Positions 1 to 10,990 are shown, numbered from the stretch's first letter. The stretch is 64,000 nucleotides of DNA from an uncultured Alphaproteobacteria bacterium (GCA_902530985.1 CACACI010000001.1:70420-134419); one strand, 5' to 3'. A program made the numbers and translations. The notes: generated by a model not told the origin, from the sequence alone.

Positions 1-1
1 A

Positions 2-790
2 ACAATATGCATTATTCAAGCATTAATCTTATATCAAAATTTATTTAACAACGAATTAAAATCAAAGCCAAGTTTAGAAGAACATTTAAATATCCTAAAT
101 TATATATATTTTTTAAGAGACAATTTTCTTGCTGATCCCAATTTTATATCCATTGATATTAAAAAGATACTCGATCAAGATTATATTATTAAAAATTATA
201 AAATATTTAAAGAAACCACTATCACTTCTAATATGAATAATATCAATGAAATATTTAGCTCTACTTCGCACTATACTTTGATTGATCGTTACAATAATAT
301 ATTATCAGCAACTTCAAGTATCGAAAGCTCCTTCGGTTCTAGGCTTTTTACCAATGGTTTTTTCTTAAACAATCAACTAACTGATTTTTCATTTAATATA
401 AAAGATCGTTCTGGACGACTTATTAACAATCGTCCAGAACCTGGAAAAAGACCTCTAAGTTCTATGTCCCCTCTTATTGTTTTTGATAAAAACAATAGTT
501 TTTTTCTAACCATTGGGTCTCCAGGTGGAAAAGCAATAATTTCTTATATTTTCAAATCATTAGTTTCCTTACTTTATGAGAATCAAACCGTACTAGAGGC
601 AATTGAAAGTCCAAATTATATAAGAATACACAACAGAACATTCGTTGAAAGTGAAAAATTAAATCAAAAACTTGAGAATAAAGGCCAAAAGAGAGATTTG
701 ACTAGTGGTTTAGCAATTATAAAAAAGGAAAATGGAAAATTAATAGCAGGTGCAGATTCAAGAAGAGATGGAACTGTTAAAGGAAATTAA
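2..790 (+). CDS. ggt: gamma-glutamyltransferase, C-terminal part (5' end lies outside the window)
   Basis: Frame 2 is open from nt 2. The translation contains the autoprocessing Thr context [10 protein letters not shown] (cf. TTHYSVVD in E. coli GGT), plus LNNQLTDFS and GSPGGKAII small-subunit motifs. Confidence 0.8.
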   Translation, partial: TICIIQALILYQNLFNNELKSKPSLEEHLNILNYIYFLRDNFLADPNFISIDIKKILDQDYIIKNYKIFKETTITSNMNNINEIFSSTSHYTLIDRYNNILSATSSIESSFGSRLFTNGFFLNNQLTDFSFNIKDRSGRLINNRPEPGKRPLSSMSPLIVFDKNNSFFLTIGSPGGKAIISYIFKSLVSLLYENQTVLEAIESPNYIRIHNRTFVESEKLNQKLENKGQKRDLTSGLAIIKKENGKLIAGADSRRDGTVKGN

Positions 791-846
791 TAAAATATTT
801 TACAAAACCATCTTTGTGTTATAAAAATAAAATCAGGATAAAAGTT

Positions 847-981
847 ATGAAAAGAACATTTCAACCAAGCAACCGAGTCAGAAAAAATAGGCATGGTTTT
901 AGATCAAGAATGGCTTCCCCTGGTGGAAAAAAAGTACTTACAAGAAGGCGTCAAAAAGGAAGAAAAAAACTCTCCGCCTAA
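847..981 (+). CDS. rpmH: 50S ribosomal protein L34
   Basis: ATG at 847, 44 codons, TAA at 979-981. The translation [44 protein letters not shown] is canonical L34. It falls below the ORF-track size cut-off and was found by hand. Confidence 0.95.
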   Translation: MKRTFQPSNRVRKNRHGFRSRMASPGGKKVLTRRRQKGRKKLSA

Positions 982-1306
982 TCACGTTTCTAATTTAAAG
1001 AAACGATCTGAATTTCTCTTTCTGAGAAAGAAAGGGAAATCGATTAAAGGTAAATTTTTGATAATTAATTATTTGAAAATAGAAAGTGATGAAAAAAAGT
1101 TTGGTCTAACTGTTTCAAAAAAAATTGGTAACGCAGTTAAAAGAAATTATATTAAAAGAGTTTTGCGTTCCATTATAATGAAAAATCTAGAAAAAATACC
1201 CTTGGGTATGAATTTTGAAATAATTCCAAAAAAAAGATTTGAAAAAAATTCTTTCGTTGATTTAGAAAGTGATTTTTTAAAAACTTTAGAATATTTAGTA
1301 ATTTAA
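893..1306 (+). CDS. rnpA: ribonuclease P protein component
   Basis: Basic N-terminal segment [15 protein letters not shown] and [19 protein letters not shown] motif. Position is rpmH-rnpA-yidC. The start is uncertain (ATG 893 or GTG 923), and both candidates lie inside rpmH in another frame. Confidence 0.8.
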   Translation: MVLDQEWLPLVEKKYLQEGVKKEEKNSPPNHVSNLKKRSEFLFLRKKGKSIKGKFLIINYLKIESDEKKFGLTVSKKIGNAVKRNYIKRVLRSIIMKNLEKIPLGMNFEIIPKKRFEKNSFVDLESDFLKTLEYLVI

Positions 1307-1354
1307 ATATATTGAATAATTAAGTACTATCCTATATTAATATTATTTTCGCTC

Positions 1355-3037
1355 ATGGATAATCAAAAAAACTTATTACTCGCTGTTGTTTTTTCCCTCA
1401 TTGTTTTAATAGGATATGATTTCTTTTTTAATCCAAAGAAAACAATTACTAACCCAGAAAAAAAATCTAATGATAGCTCAGTGAAACAAAATAATGATCA
1501 AGATGTTCCAATATTAGAAAAAAAAGAAGTTTCAACAGAAAAAAACCGTAAAGAAAAAAGAATTAATTTCAAGTCTGAAAGATTGGAAGGTTCTATTAAT
1601 TTATATGGAGCTACTTTTGATGATTTATTGTTGAGAGATTATTTTGAGACAATCGAAAAAAAAGAAAATATTAAAATTCTTAAAAATGAAAAATCTTTAA
1701 GCCCATACTTTTTGAGGCTTGGATGGGCTTCAACTGACAGATCTATCCTAATGCCAGACAAAGATTCACTATGGACATCAAATAAAAATAATTTTGCTAA
1801 AAACGAAGAAATCAATATCTCTTGGGATAATGGGAATGGGTTGCAATTTAACAGAAAAATAAAGATTGATAAAAACTTTATGATTCTTGTTGAAGATGAA
1901 GTTATTAATAAATCAGGAAAAACAGTTGAATTAACAAATTTTTCTTATTTAAGAAGAAAAAATTACAGGCCACAGAATAAATTTTTTATCCTTCATGAAG
2001 GTCCCCTTGGGGTGTTTAATGATACGTTAAAAGAAGTGTCTTATGAAGAAATAGAAGAAGCAAATGAAATTGTAGAAACAACGAAGAATGGGTGGATAGG
2101 TTATACAGACCATTATTGGCAAGTTGCAATTTTTCCAGAAAATGATCAACCTTTTAAAGCTAGATTCAAAAACCTTAAAAATGATCCTAATTCTGTTCAA
2201 ATTGATTTTATAAATGATTCAATAAAATCATTACCAAACATGGAAAGTTTCAAAGTAAAGTCATTTATTTTTGCTGGTGCTAAAGAGGTTCCACTAATTG
2301 ACAAATATATTCAAGAACTAAAGATTAATAAATTAGATCTATCAGTAGACTTTGGATGGTTTTATTTTTTAACTAAACCACTATTTTATGCTTTACATTT
2401 TTTATCTGGTTTATTTGGAAATTTTGGTATTGGAATTATAATTCTCACTATTTGTATAAGAATAATTCTTTTTCCCCTTGCAAATAAATCATTCAAATCA
2501 ATGAATGCCATGAGACTTATAACACCTGATATTCAAAGATTAAGAGAAAGATACAAAGATGATAAAGCAAAAATGAATCAAGAAATGTTTGCTATGTACA
2601 AAGAAAAAAAAATAAATCCTGCTTCTGGTTGCTTGCCTATTCTTGTTCAAATCCCAATCTTTTTTGCTTTATACAAAGTACTGTTTGTTTCAATAGAAAT
2701 GAGGCATGCACCTTTCTTTGGCTGGATAAATGATTTATCTGCGCCCGACCCCACTAGCATGTTCAATCTTTTTGGATTAATCCCATGGGAACCTCCACTT
2801 TTTTTAACTATCGGTGTTTGGCCGCTTTTAATGGGCTTGTCAATGTATCTACAACAAAAATTAAATCCTCCACCACCTGACCCAATTCAAGCAAAAATAT
2901 TTATGATGTTACCTATTATCTTTACATTCTTGCTTGCAACATTTCCATCAGGGATGGTTATTTACTGGACTGTAAATAATATTCTATCAATAGCTCAACA
3001 GTATTATCTTTTGAAAAAGCAAAAAAGAAATGTGTGA
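1355..3037 (+). CDS. yidC: membrane protein insertase YidC
   Basis: 560 aa with an N-terminal TM helix, a large periplasmic domain and a C-terminal 60-kDa insertase core (NPASGCLPILVQIPIFFALY, PSGMVIYW). Synteny with rnpA. Confidence 0.95.
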   Translation: MDNQKNLLLAVVFSLIVLIGYDFFFNPKKTITNPEKKSNDSSVKQNNDQDVPILEKKEVSTEKNRKEKRINFKSERLEGSINLYGATFDDLLLRDYFETIEKKENIKILKNEKSLSPYFLRLGWASTDRSILMPDKDSLWTSNKNNFAKNEEINISWDNGNGLQFNRKIKIDKNFMILVEDEVINKSGKTVELTNFSYLRRKNYRPQNKFFILHEGPLGVFNDTLKEVSYEEIEEANEIVETTKNGWIGYTDHYWQVAIFPENDQPFKARFKNLKNDPNSVQIDFINDSIKSLPNMESFKVKSFIFAGAKEVPLIDKYIQELKINKLDLSVDFGWFYFLTKPLFYALHFLSGLFGNFGIGIIILTICIRIILFPLANKSFKSMNAMRLITPDIQRLRERYKDDKAKMNQEMFAMYKEKKINPASGCLPILVQIPIFFALYKVLFVSIEMRHAPFFGWINDLSAPDPTSMFNLFGLIPWEPPLFLTIGVWPLLMGLSMYLQQKLNPPPPDPIQAKIFMMLPIIFTFLLATFPSGMVIYWTVNNILSIAQQYYLLKKQKRNV

Positions 3038-3052
3038 GACAAAACTAAAGTA

Positions 3053-3631
3053 ATGACTGAGTTTTGGGAATTTTTGAAGGAAGTACATGAATTTAATCAT
3101 CTTCCTTCAGATAATGTTCCGGAGGTGATCTTTTGGGGTCGTTCTAATGTCGGAAAATCATCTTTAATAAATTCTATAACAAACTCAAAGATTGCAAAAA
3201 CATCAAAAAATCCAGGAAGAACTAGGGCTCTAGTTTTTTTTCAACTACAAAAAACCTTGCGAATAGTTGATTTTCCAGGATATGGATATTCTAAAATACC
3301 CAAACTTGACGAATATAAACTAGACAAATTAATTGATAAATATCTTCAAAAAAGAAGGAATATTAACAAGTTGTTTTTATTAATTGATTCAAAACATGGT
3401 TTTAAAAAAATAGATCAAATTATTATTAACCAACTTAATGTGCATTTAAAAAATAAAATTTTCATTATTTTTACAAAAAAAGACAGACTAAAAAATAAAA
3501 AAGAAAAGGACCTTTTAAAAAATTATAATAAATTAGTGGATGAAGAATTAGATAAAAAATTCTTTAATACTAGTATTAAAGAAATTAATACGATAATTTT
3601 ATTGAAAAAATTCATATTAAATTCTTTATAA
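3053..3631 (+). CDS. engB: ribosome biogenesis GTP-binding protein EngB/YihA
   Basis: G1 GRSNVGKSSLIN, G3 DFPGYGY, G4 TKKD. Located downstream of yidC. Confidence 0.9.
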   Translation: MTEFWEFLKEVHEFNHLPSDNVPEVIFWGRSNVGKSSLINSITNSKIAKTSKNPGRTRALVFFQLQKTLRIVDFPGYGYSKIPKLDEYKLDKLIDKYLQKRRNINKLFLLIDSKHGFKKIDQIIINQLNVHLKNKIFIIFTKKDRLKNKKEKDLLKNYNKLVDEELDKKFFNTSIKEINTIILLKKFILNSL

Positions 3632-3633
3632 AA

Positions 3634-4530
3634 ATGAAAATTTCCAAAATAAATACAAAAAAGTTAATTGACCAGGCGACTATCTTATCTAAAGCACTTC
3701 CGTTTATGCAGAGATATTCCAGTAAAAATATAACTGTAAAATTTGGAGGTGCAGTTTTAGGAGAAAAGAACTTATCTAGCAGTTTTGCAAAAGATATTGT
3801 GCTTTTAAAGCAAGTTGGTATTAATCCAGTTGTCGTGCATGGAGGGGGGCCTAAAATAAAAAAAATGCTAGATAAATTAAAAGTTAAAACTAATTTTGTT
3901 AATGGATTGAGGGTTACAAACAAGGAAACTATGGAAATTGTAGAAATGGTTTTGTCAGGTTCGATAAATAAAGAAATTGTGATGGAAATAAATAAAGAAG
4001 GAGGTAGAGCAATTGGGCTTTCTGGAAAAGATGCGTTCTTAGCTGAAACGTCAAAAATAAAAATTAGTAAAGATAATGCAAATAAAATAAAATCTAGAGA
4101 TCTTGGTTTTGTTGGACAGCCAAAAAAAATTAATGAAGATCTTCTGAACTGGTTCTTGAAGTCTCATTTTATCCCTGTGATTTCCCCAATTGGATTCGAT
4201 CAAAATTATGACACTTTTAATATCAATGCTGATACCATGTCAGGAAGTGTTGCATCATCTATTTCATCGGAAAGATTAATACTATTAACCGATGTAGATG
4301 GAGTTATTGATAAAAATGGCAACTTATTAACTGAAGTGTCAATAAATGAAGCAAAGAAACTTATTAAGAATGGAATAATATCTGAAGGAATGATACCAAA
4401 GGTAGAGACATGCATTAATGCAGTAAAAAATGGTGTTAAAGCCGCAGTTATATTAAATGGAAAACTTTCTCATGCTATTCTCCTGGAAATATTTACTGAA
4501 CGGGGCGTAGGTACTTTAATAACCAAATAA
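3634..4530 (+). CDS. argB: acetylglutamate kinase
   Basis: Amino-acid kinase family motifs VKFGG, VVVHGGGPKI and NINADT. Confidence 0.92.
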   Translation: MKISKINTKKLIDQATILSKALPFMQRYSSKNITVKFGGAVLGEKNLSSSFAKDIVLLKQVGINPVVVHGGGPKIKKMLDKLKVKTNFVNGLRVTNKETMEIVEMVLSGSINKEIVMEINKEGGRAIGLSGKDAFLAETSKIKISKDNANKIKSRDLGFVGQPKKINEDLLNWFLKSHFIPVISPIGFDQNYDTFNINADTMSGSVASSISSERLILLTDVDGVIDKNGNLLTEVSINEAKKLIKNGIISEGMIPKVETCINAVKNGVKAAVILNGKLSHAILLEIFTERGVGTLITK

Positions 4531-4532
4531 TT

Positions 4533-5192
4533 GTGACAAGTAAATTTGATAATAAAACAACTTGGTTGTTTGATTTAGATAATACTCTTTATTCTCCAGA
4601 TCTAGGAATTTTTAAACAGATTGATGTCAAAATGAAACGGTTTATATCAAAAGAACTAAAAGTTTCAGAAAAACAAGCTTTCCAAATACAAAAAAAATTT
4701 TACAAAAACTATGGAACAACACTCTATGGACTAATGAAATATCATAATACAGATCCTGAAGAATTCTTAAAATTTGTTCACAATATTGACTTTACCAATC
4801 TAAAAAAATGCGAAGATCTGAGAAAAAAAATAAAAAACCTCCCGGGTAAAAAATTTATTTATACAAATGGCAACTATGAGTATGCAAAAAAAATACTAAA
4901 CTCACTTGGTATAACAAATGTATTTTCAGATATTTTTGATATTAGAAAAGCAAATTTCTTTCCCAAACCCATGAAGACTTCTCTTAACAAATTAATTAAA
5001 AACTATAATTTAGTACCAAAAGAAATAGTTTATTTTGATGACTTGGATAAAAACTTGAAATCTGCTTTCTTAAAAGGAATTACAACCATACACATATCTA
5101 AAGATAATTCTAAAAAGAGCTCTTACATTGATTTTAGATTTAGAACTATAATAAATGCATTAGATATGATAAGAAACAAACTTGAACATTGA
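4533..5192 (+). CDS. HAD-superfamily hydrolase, pyrimidine 5'-nucleotidase-like
   Basis: GTG start. DxDxT motif [10 protein letters not shown], with downstream YTNG and FDD HAD motifs. Confidence 0.7.
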   Translation: MTSKFDNKTTWLFDLDNTLYSPDLGIFKQIDVKMKRFISKELKVSEKQAFQIQKKFYKNYGTTLYGLMKYHNTDPEEFLKFVHNIDFTNLKKCEDLRKKIKNLPGKKFIYTNGNYEYAKKILNSLGITNVFSDIFDIRKANFFPKPMKTSLNKLIKNYNLVPKEIVYFDDLDKNLKSAFLKGITTIHISKDNSKKSSYIDFRFRTIINALDMIRNKLEH

Positions 5193-6052
5193 AAATAATT
5201 ATGGAACCTAAAATTAAAGAAGATATAGAAAAATTCTGGGAAGAAAAAGATAAGCTTAACTTTTCAGATGAAAGCATAAAAAAAAAGATTCTAACTGTAC
5301 TTGAATCCCTTGACTCAGGTGAGCTAAGGGTTTGTGAGAAAATAAATAACTCTTGGACAACTAATGAGTGGTTGAAAAAAGCTATACTTTTATCATTTAA
5401 AACCCAAGAAAACAATATTTTCTCAAGTGGGATATCTAATACCAGAAGAGGACAATATAGTTGGTTTGATAAAGCGTATCTAAAAACTTCGGGTTGGGTG
5501 GAAGATGAGTGGACGAAAAGAAATTTTAGATCTGTGCCTGGTGCAGTGGTGAGATATTCTTCTTATATTGGTGAGAATGTTGTACTGATGCCTTCATTTA
5601 TAAATCTAGGTGCTTATGTGGACTCTGGAACAATGGTTGATACATGGGCAACAGTTGGTTCTTGTGCACAGATTGGGAAAAATGTTCATATTTCGGGTGG
5701 TGCAGGAATTGGTGGAGTGCTAGAGCCACTCCAAGCAAATCCAGTTATTATAGAAGATAATAGCTTTATAGGGGCAAGATCTGAGATTGCTGAAGGAGTT
5801 ATTGTTAAAGAAGGTAGTGTGATATCAATGGGAGTATATATTGGTGCATCCACAAAGATCGTTGACAGAGAGACTGGAGAAATTTCCTATGGTGAAGTTC
5901 CTGCTTTTTCTGTAGTTGTTCCCGGTTCTTTATCTGGTAAAAAACTAAAGAATGGCGAAATCGGTCCTAACCTTTATTGTGCTGTAATTGTAAAAAAGGT
6001 TGATGCAAAAACAAGGTCTAAAACATCAATTAACGATCTACTTAGGTCATAA
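5189..6052 (+). CDS. dapD: 2,3,4,5-tetrahydropyridine-2,6-dicarboxylate N-succinyltransferase
   Basis: N-domain [30 protein letters not shown] plus a hexapeptide-repeat left-handed helix. It is followed by dapE. TTG 5189 overlaps the upstream stop, and ATG 5201 is an alternative start. Confidence 0.9.
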   Translation: MKIIMEPKIKEDIEKFWEEKDKLNFSDESIKKKILTVLESLDSGELRVCEKINNSWTTNEWLKKAILLSFKTQENNIFSSGISNTRRGQYSWFDKAYLKTSGWVEDEWTKRNFRSVPGAVVRYSSYIGENVVLMPSFINLGAYVDSGTMVDTWATVGSCAQIGKNVHISGGAGIGGVLEPLQANPVIIEDNSFIGARSEIAEGVIVKEGSVISMGVYIGASTKIVDRETGEISYGEVPAFSVVVPGSLSGKKLKNGEIGPNLYCAVIVKKVDAKTRSKTSINDLLRS

Positions 6053-7182
6053 TGGATACAATAGAGTTATCAACAAAACTGATAAAATTTAAGAGCATCA
6101 CTCCTAACAGTTCAGGTTCAATAGAATATATAAAAAAGCTATTAGAAAAAAAAAAGTTTCAATGTCATTTTCTTGAATTTGGAAAAGACAAAATCAAAAA
6201 CTTATACGCTTCACTTAAAGGTGGTAAGGGACCAGTAGTTTGTTTTGCTGGGCATACAGATGTTGTTCCTCCTGGAGAAATATCAAAATGGAAAACTGAT
6301 CCATTCAAAGCGGTTATTAAAAATGGCAAATTATATGGAAGAGGATCAAGTGACATGAAAACAGCTATTGCTTCATTTATTGTGGCAACTATGAATTTTT
6401 TAGAAGAAAAACAATCGGTTTTTAATGGAACTTTATCTATCCTATTAACTGCGGATGAAGAAGGTGAAGCAGAATTTGGAACAAAGAGTGTAATAAAATG
6501 GTTAAAAAAGAATAATAAAAAAATTGATTTTTGCATAGTCGGAGAGCCGACAAATCCAAAAAATTTAGGAGATATGATCAAAATTGGACGTAGGGGCAGT
6601 ATTAACTTCTCACTTGAAATATTAGGCACTCAAGGGCATGTTGCTTACCCTGAAAAAGCAAAAAATCCTATCGATGACCTTTTTTTGATTTGTAAAGAAA
6701 TTAAAAAACCTTTTGATAAAGGTTCTAAAAGATTCCAACCCACTTCGCTAGTAATAACTTCTATCGATGTTTCTAATAATATTTCAAATGTAATTCCAGA
6801 AAAAGTTATAATGAAATTCAATGTAAGATTCAATGATAATTTTAATTCTTCTAAAATTAAAAGTATAATCCATCAAAGAATTAAATTTGTTACGTCAAAA
6901 TATAAATTAACATCCAAAGTTTCAGGTGAATCTTTTATAAATCACTCTGATGTTCTTACAAATGCAATTGTTAAGTCTATTAAGAAGGTAACAAATATTA
7001 AGCCTCAATTAAGTACATCTGGTGGAACTTCTGATGCAAGATTTATATCAAAAATATGTCCTGTTCTTGAATTTGGTTCTATAGGAAAAACAATGCATAA
7101 AACTAATGAAATGGTAGAGTTGAAAAATATTGAAAAACTAACAGAAATCTATTTTGAATTTCTTAAAAATATTTTCGATTAA
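6052..7182 (+). CDS. dapE: succinyl-diaminopimelate desuccinylase (M20 peptidase)
   Basis: Motifs FAGHTDVVPPG, GRGSSDMK, ADEEGEA and VGEPT. The start overlaps the dapD stop (ATAATG). Confidence 0.9.
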   Translation: MDTIELSTKLIKFKSITPNSSGSIEYIKKLLEKKKFQCHFLEFGKDKIKNLYASLKGGKGPVVCFAGHTDVVPPGEISKWKTDPFKAVIKNGKLYGRGSSDMKTAIASFIVATMNFLEEKQSVFNGTLSILLTADEEGEAEFGTKSVIKWLKKNNKKIDFCIVGEPTNPKNLGDMIKIGRRGSINFSLEILGTQGHVAYPEKAKNPIDDLFLICKEIKKPFDKGSKRFQPTSLVITSIDVSNNISNVIPEKVIMKFNVRFNDNFNSSKIKSIIHQRIKFVTSKYKLTSKVSGESFINHSDVLTNAIVKSIKKVTNIKPQLSTSGGTSDARFISKICPVLEFGSIGKTMHKTNEMVELKNIEKLTEIYFEFLKNIFD

Positions 7183-7185
7183 AAT

Positions 7186-7932
7186 TCAATAAGTGATTTT
7201 TTCTAAATATAAACCACAAGCAGGGGCTGTGGGTCCAGCATTTTGTCTGTTTTTAGATTCTAATATAGTTAAAGTTTTTTTTTGGTCCCAAACACCTTTA
7301 CCAACATTAACTAGAGTTCCAACAATTATCCTTACTTGGTTATGTAAAAATGATCGCCCAATAACTCTGATCTCAATACAATCTTTACTTTTTTTTATTT
7401 TTATGTCTTTAATGGATCTTTCTGATATTTTAGCTTGACAATGAATAGATCTAAAAGCATTAAAATCAAATTTTCCAATTAAAACCTTAGATGCCTTTTT
7501 CATTAGATCTAGATTAAGTCTCTTAGCAATAAACCAGACTTTACCTTCTAAAATGAATGAAGCGGTAGTTCTATTCAAAATTTTATACAAATATGTTTTT
7601 TTTTTTACAGAAAATCTTGAATCAAAATTTTGAGATATCTTTTCTGAATTTAAAATTGAAATTTTATTTTCATTTTTCTTCAACAAGTAGTTTATGGCTA
7701 AAGAAATCTTTTTTTCGTCAATGTTAAGATTATTTAAATCAAAGTGTGCAACTTGCCCAAGTGCATGCACACCTGCATCTGTTCTACCAGCACCATAAAT
7801 GTTAATTTTTTCTTTAAACAGTTTTTCTAAGCAATCTTCAATTTGTTGTTGAACAGACCTCCCATTTTTCTGTTTTTGCCATCCCACATAATTACTTCCA
7901 TCATATTCTATTGTTAATTTAATTCTTATCAT
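7186..7932 (-). CDS. truA: tRNA pseudouridine(38-40) synthase
   Basis: YDGSNYVGWQKQ and catalytic GAGRTDAGVHA motifs. Third gene of def-fmt-truA. Confidence 0.92.
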   Translation of the reverse strand: MIRIKLTIEYDGSNYVGWQKQKNGRSVQQQIEDCLEKLFKEKINIYGAGRTDAGVHALGQVAHFDLNNLNIDEKKISLAINYLLKKNENKISILNSEKISQNFDSRFSVKKKTYLYKILNRTTASFILEGKVWFIAKRLNLDLMKKASKVLIGKFDFNAFRSIHCQAKISERSIKDIKIKKSKDCIEIRVIGRSFLHNQVRIIVGTLVNVGKGVWDQKKTLTILESKNRQNAGPTAPACGLYLEKITY

Positions 7933-8885
7933 TACGTGAAAAAAAATTCTTCAATTTTATTGCCATTTATGAATTCCTTAGCCAAAATAGGTTTTTTTCC
8001 TTCTTTTTGCAAAATTTCAATTTTCAGAAAATTTTTTGCACACTTTACCACAAAGTTATCTATTATTTGGCCAGTCTCATACTTAGTCTTTTCTTGCTTC
8101 TTATTTTCTCTAATGACCTTAGCTTTTAAAATTTTGATTCTTAAATTAGAATTCTTGAAACTTGTCCATGCGCCAGGATATGGGCTAAAAGCTCTGATTT
8201 TTAAATTTATATCCTGGGCGTCACTATTCCATAAAATTTTACATTCTGATTTTTCAATTTTCTTTGCATAAGTCACATGACTATCTTTTTGATATTTATA
8301 CTTGAAATCTTTATTTACAATCTTCTTTATTGCCTGTTTTAATAATTCTTTACCGTAAAGTATAATTTTATCATGAATTGTTCCAAAATTATCTTCCTCT
8401 TGAATTTTAAATTTCTTGTCTAGAATAATTGGACCAGAATCTAGCTTTTCATCAACTCTCATAATACAGACTCCAGTTTCTTTATCATCTGATAAGATTG
8501 CCCTTTGGATAGGAGCAGCTCCTCTCCATCGAGGCAGTAATGAAGCATGAATATTAATACTTAAAAGATTTGGAAGATTAATTAGTTCTTTTGGAAGAAT
8601 TTTTCCATACGCTACAACTATATTTAAATCGACTTTTTCAACTATAATCTGTTTCATGAAATTTTCATCATTTATACTTTGTGGCGTAAAAACTTTGATG
8701 TTTTTACCTCTTGCCCATTTATGAACTGGTGAAAAATTTAGCTTCTTACCCCTGCCTGACTTTCTGGGTGGTTGCGAAACAACATAAGCTATCTTAATAT
8801 CATTAAGAAACAAATCTTGAAGAAAATTCAATGAAAATTCTGGCGTACCATAAAATCCAATATTAACTTTACGGAGTTTTTTCAT
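7932..8885 (-). CDS. fmt: methionyl-tRNA formyltransferase
   Basis: Formyltransferase core NIHASLLPRWRGAAPIQRAI and C-terminal domain. The stop overlaps the truA start (TAATG). Confidence 0.93.
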   Translation of the reverse strand: MKKLRKVNIGFYGTPEFSLNFLQDLFLNDIKIAYVVSQPPRKSGRGKKLNFSPVHKWARGKNIKVFTPQSINDENFMKQIIVEKVDLNIVVAYGKILPKELINLPNLLSINIHASLLPRWRGAAPIQRAILSDDKETGVCIMRVDEKLDSGPIILDKKFKIQEEDNFGTIHDKIILYGKELLKQAIKKIVNKDFKYKYQKDSHVTYAKKIEKSECKILWNSDAQDINLKIRAFSPYPGAWTSFKNSNLRIKILKAKVIRENKKQEKTKYETGQIIDNFVVKCAKNFLKIEILQKEGKKPILAKEFINGNKIEEFFFT

Positions 8886-9393
8886 TGTTTTTTTTTTGAC
8901 TTTTCTTTACTTTTTCATAAGCTCGCCTTCGCTTCAAATTAGATAAATAATCAATAAATAATATTCCATTTAAATGATCAATCTCATGCTGAATACAAAT
9001 TGATAATAACCCAGAAAATGATCCTTCTATTTTCTTACCTTTTAAATCATTCCACTCAACATCTACAAACTTTGGCCTTTCAATATCTGCATAATACCCT
9101 GGAATAGACAAACAACCCTCTTCATTGATTGCATGATCCTTTGATGAATTAATTATCTTAGGGTTAATAAATATTTTTGGGGAAGACTTTCCATCCTCTT
9201 TTAAATCAATCACTACTATTCTCTTTTCAATGCCTACCTGCGGTGCAGCCAACCCTATTCCATTACCAGATGCATATAGGGTATCAAACATATTTTGAAC
9301 TATATGTTTCAAACTCTCACCAAAATTTTTAACGGTAGATGAATTGTGCTTCAACCTCTTATCGGGTATAGTTAATATTTCTAGAACACTCAT
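8869..9393 (-). CDS. def: peptide deformylase
   Basis: Three metal-site motifs: GIGLAAPQVG, EGCLSIPG and QHEIDHLNG. Confidence 0.95.
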   Translation of the reverse strand: MSVLEILTIPDKRLKHNSSTVKNFGESLKHIVQNMFDTLYASGNGIGLAAPQVGIEKRIVVIDLKEDGKSSPKIFINPKIINSSKDHAINEEGCLSIPGYYADIERPKFVDVEWNDLKGKKIEGSFSGLLSICIQHEIDHLNGILFIDYLSNLKRRRAYEKVKKSQKKNNEKTP

Positions 9394-9404
9394 ATAATTT
9401 TTTT

Positions 9405-10391
9405 ATGATTATTGAAAATAATGTTTTATATCTGATTCTGATAGTAATCATAATATTTTTATTTTTACAATTTTTTCTATCAAACAACAATACCAAAGAC
9501 AGAATTAAAACATTACTTGAAAAACAATCTATAATAGAAAAGTCTATTTCCGAACTAATTGTTAGAAACTTTGATAAAATAGATTCAAAATTTGATAGAT
9601 CTTCATCAGAAAATATAAATAACCTAAGTCAGATCAGAGAAAAAATGTCCTTGATTGACAGAGCACAACAAAATATAACTAGCCTTACTGAAAATGTAGT
9701 CGATTTAAAAAATTTCCTTTCTAATACAACTCAAAGAGGAAAGTTTGGGGAAATATTACTAGAAAATATTATTAAGGATTATCTGCCAAATAATAATTAC
9801 GAATTTCAGAAAACTTTACCTAATAATTCAAGAGTAGACTGTATGCTTAGGTCCTCAGGATCATTGGACAGACTTTGTATTGACTCAAAATTTCCAAAAG
9901 AAAATTATGACAAATTTCAAAGATCAACTTCGAAAGATGAAAAAACAAAATATTTAAAGATATTCAAATCTGATATCAAAAACCATATTACAAATGTAAA
10001 AGAAAGATACATCATTCCCGGAGAAACTGCAGAAATTGCATTAATATTTATTCCAAGCGAACAAATTTTTTTAGAAATTTTCAAATTATTTCCTGAATTA
10101 AGCGATACATTTTATCAAAGTAAAGTATTCTTAATTTCCCCTACAACATTATGGATTATACTAAATTCCGTTGAAAGTTTAATTAGAGACAAAAAAATAA
10201 AAAATAATTCAACTTTTATTTTTCAGCAACTCAAAGATCTAGATACTGAATTATCAAGGCTTGAAGTTCGTGTAAAGAAAATGGACAACCATTTTTCAAA
10301 TGCCCAAAATGACCTAAATGACATCCTTGTAACAACAAAAAAAATCTCAAATAAAAAAGACAAACTACTAAAACTTGATGATATTAATTAG
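9405..10391 (+). CDS. rmuC: DNA recombination protein RmuC
   Basis: N-terminal TM helix and coiled coil, then the RmuC core (GKFGEILLENIIKDYLP, RVDCML, IDSKFP). Confidence 0.8.
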   Translation: MIIENNVLYLILIVIIIFLFLQFFLSNNNTKDRIKTLLEKQSIIEKSISELIVRNFDKIDSKFDRSSSENINNLSQIREKMSLIDRAQQNITSLTENVVDLKNFLSNTTQRGKFGEILLENIIKDYLPNNNYEFQKTLPNNSRVDCMLRSSGSLDRLCIDSKFPKENYDKFQRSTSKDEKTKYLKIFKSDIKNHITNVKERYIIPGETAEIALIFIPSEQIFLEIFKLFPELSDTFYQSKVFLISPTTLWIILNSVESLIRDKKIKNNSTFIFQQLKDLDTELSRLEVRVKKMDNHFSNAQNDLNDILVTTKKISNKKDKLLKLDDIN

Positions 10392-10983
10392 TATTTTTAA
10401 CTTCAGCTCGAGAGGTAAATGCAGCTGACATAGTATTATAATCTAACAAATCAAGTTCTCCTCCAATAGGAATACCTTGGGCTAATTTAGTAATTAAAAC
10501 TCCTGAATTCGAGCATTTGTCTGCAATATATTGTCCGGTAATTTGACCTTCTGTTGTTGCATTTGTGGCAATAATTACTTCTTTTACATTACCTTCTTTT
10601 AATCGCTGAAATAATGGAGTCAAATTTAATTCATCTGGCCCAACCCCATCCATAGCAGACAATACTCCACCTAAGACATGGTATTTTCCATCAAATGCAT
10701 TGCTCTTTTCAATTGCCCAAAGATCACCAATATCTTCAATTACGCAAATCTTATCATGATTTCTTTTTACATTTATGCAAATATTGCATGGGCTAACTAT
10801 ATCTACATTTCCGCATTTTTCACAATAAACTAGCTCCGATCTAACCTTCTCCATTATAGAAGTAAGTGCAGGTATAACTCTATCTTTATTTTTCAAGAGA
10901 TACAGCACTATTCTTCTTGCTGACCTGGGCCCTAAGCTTGGTAATTTTGAAAAAAGATTAATTAATTCGCCAAGTGATGTCAT
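10384..10983 (-). CDS. recR: recombination protein RecR
   Basis: HhH N-terminus, C4 zinc finger CEKCGN...CNIC and a Toprim domain. Last gene of dnaX-ybaB-recR. Confidence 0.93.
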   Translation of the reverse strand: MTSLGELINLFSKLPSLGPRSARRIVLYLLKNKDRVIPALTSIMEKVRSELVYCEKCGNVDIVSPCNICINVKRNHDKICVIEDIGDLWAIEKSNAFDGKYHVLGGVLSAMDGVGPDELNLTPLFQRLKEGNVKEVIIATNATTEGQITGQYIADKCSNSGVLITKLAQGIPIGGELDLLDYNTMSAAFTSRAEVKNTN

Positions 10984-10990
10984 AGATTTT

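Noticed and set aside
791-846. oriC or DnaA boxes near rpmH-rnpA-yidC, which flank the origin in many bacteria.
   Set aside because: The upstream neighbour is ggt, not dnaA. The spacer is 56 nt and contains no TTATCCACA-like box; TGTGTTATAA is not a match.
6165-6629. 154-aa minus-strand ORF antisense to dapE. There are many similar track ORFs, for example 3612-3923, 4206-4415, 5146-5415, 6645-6833, 7193-7438, 7936-8271, 11088-11571, 14573-14818, 15500-15784, 17189-17473 and 22370-22579.
   Set aside because: All lie entirely inside, and antisense or out of frame to, genes with unambiguous conserved motifs. Their translations are low-complexity (Phe/Ser/Ile/Leu-rich) mirror images of Lys/Glu/Asn-rich sense codons. 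These are shadow ORFs.
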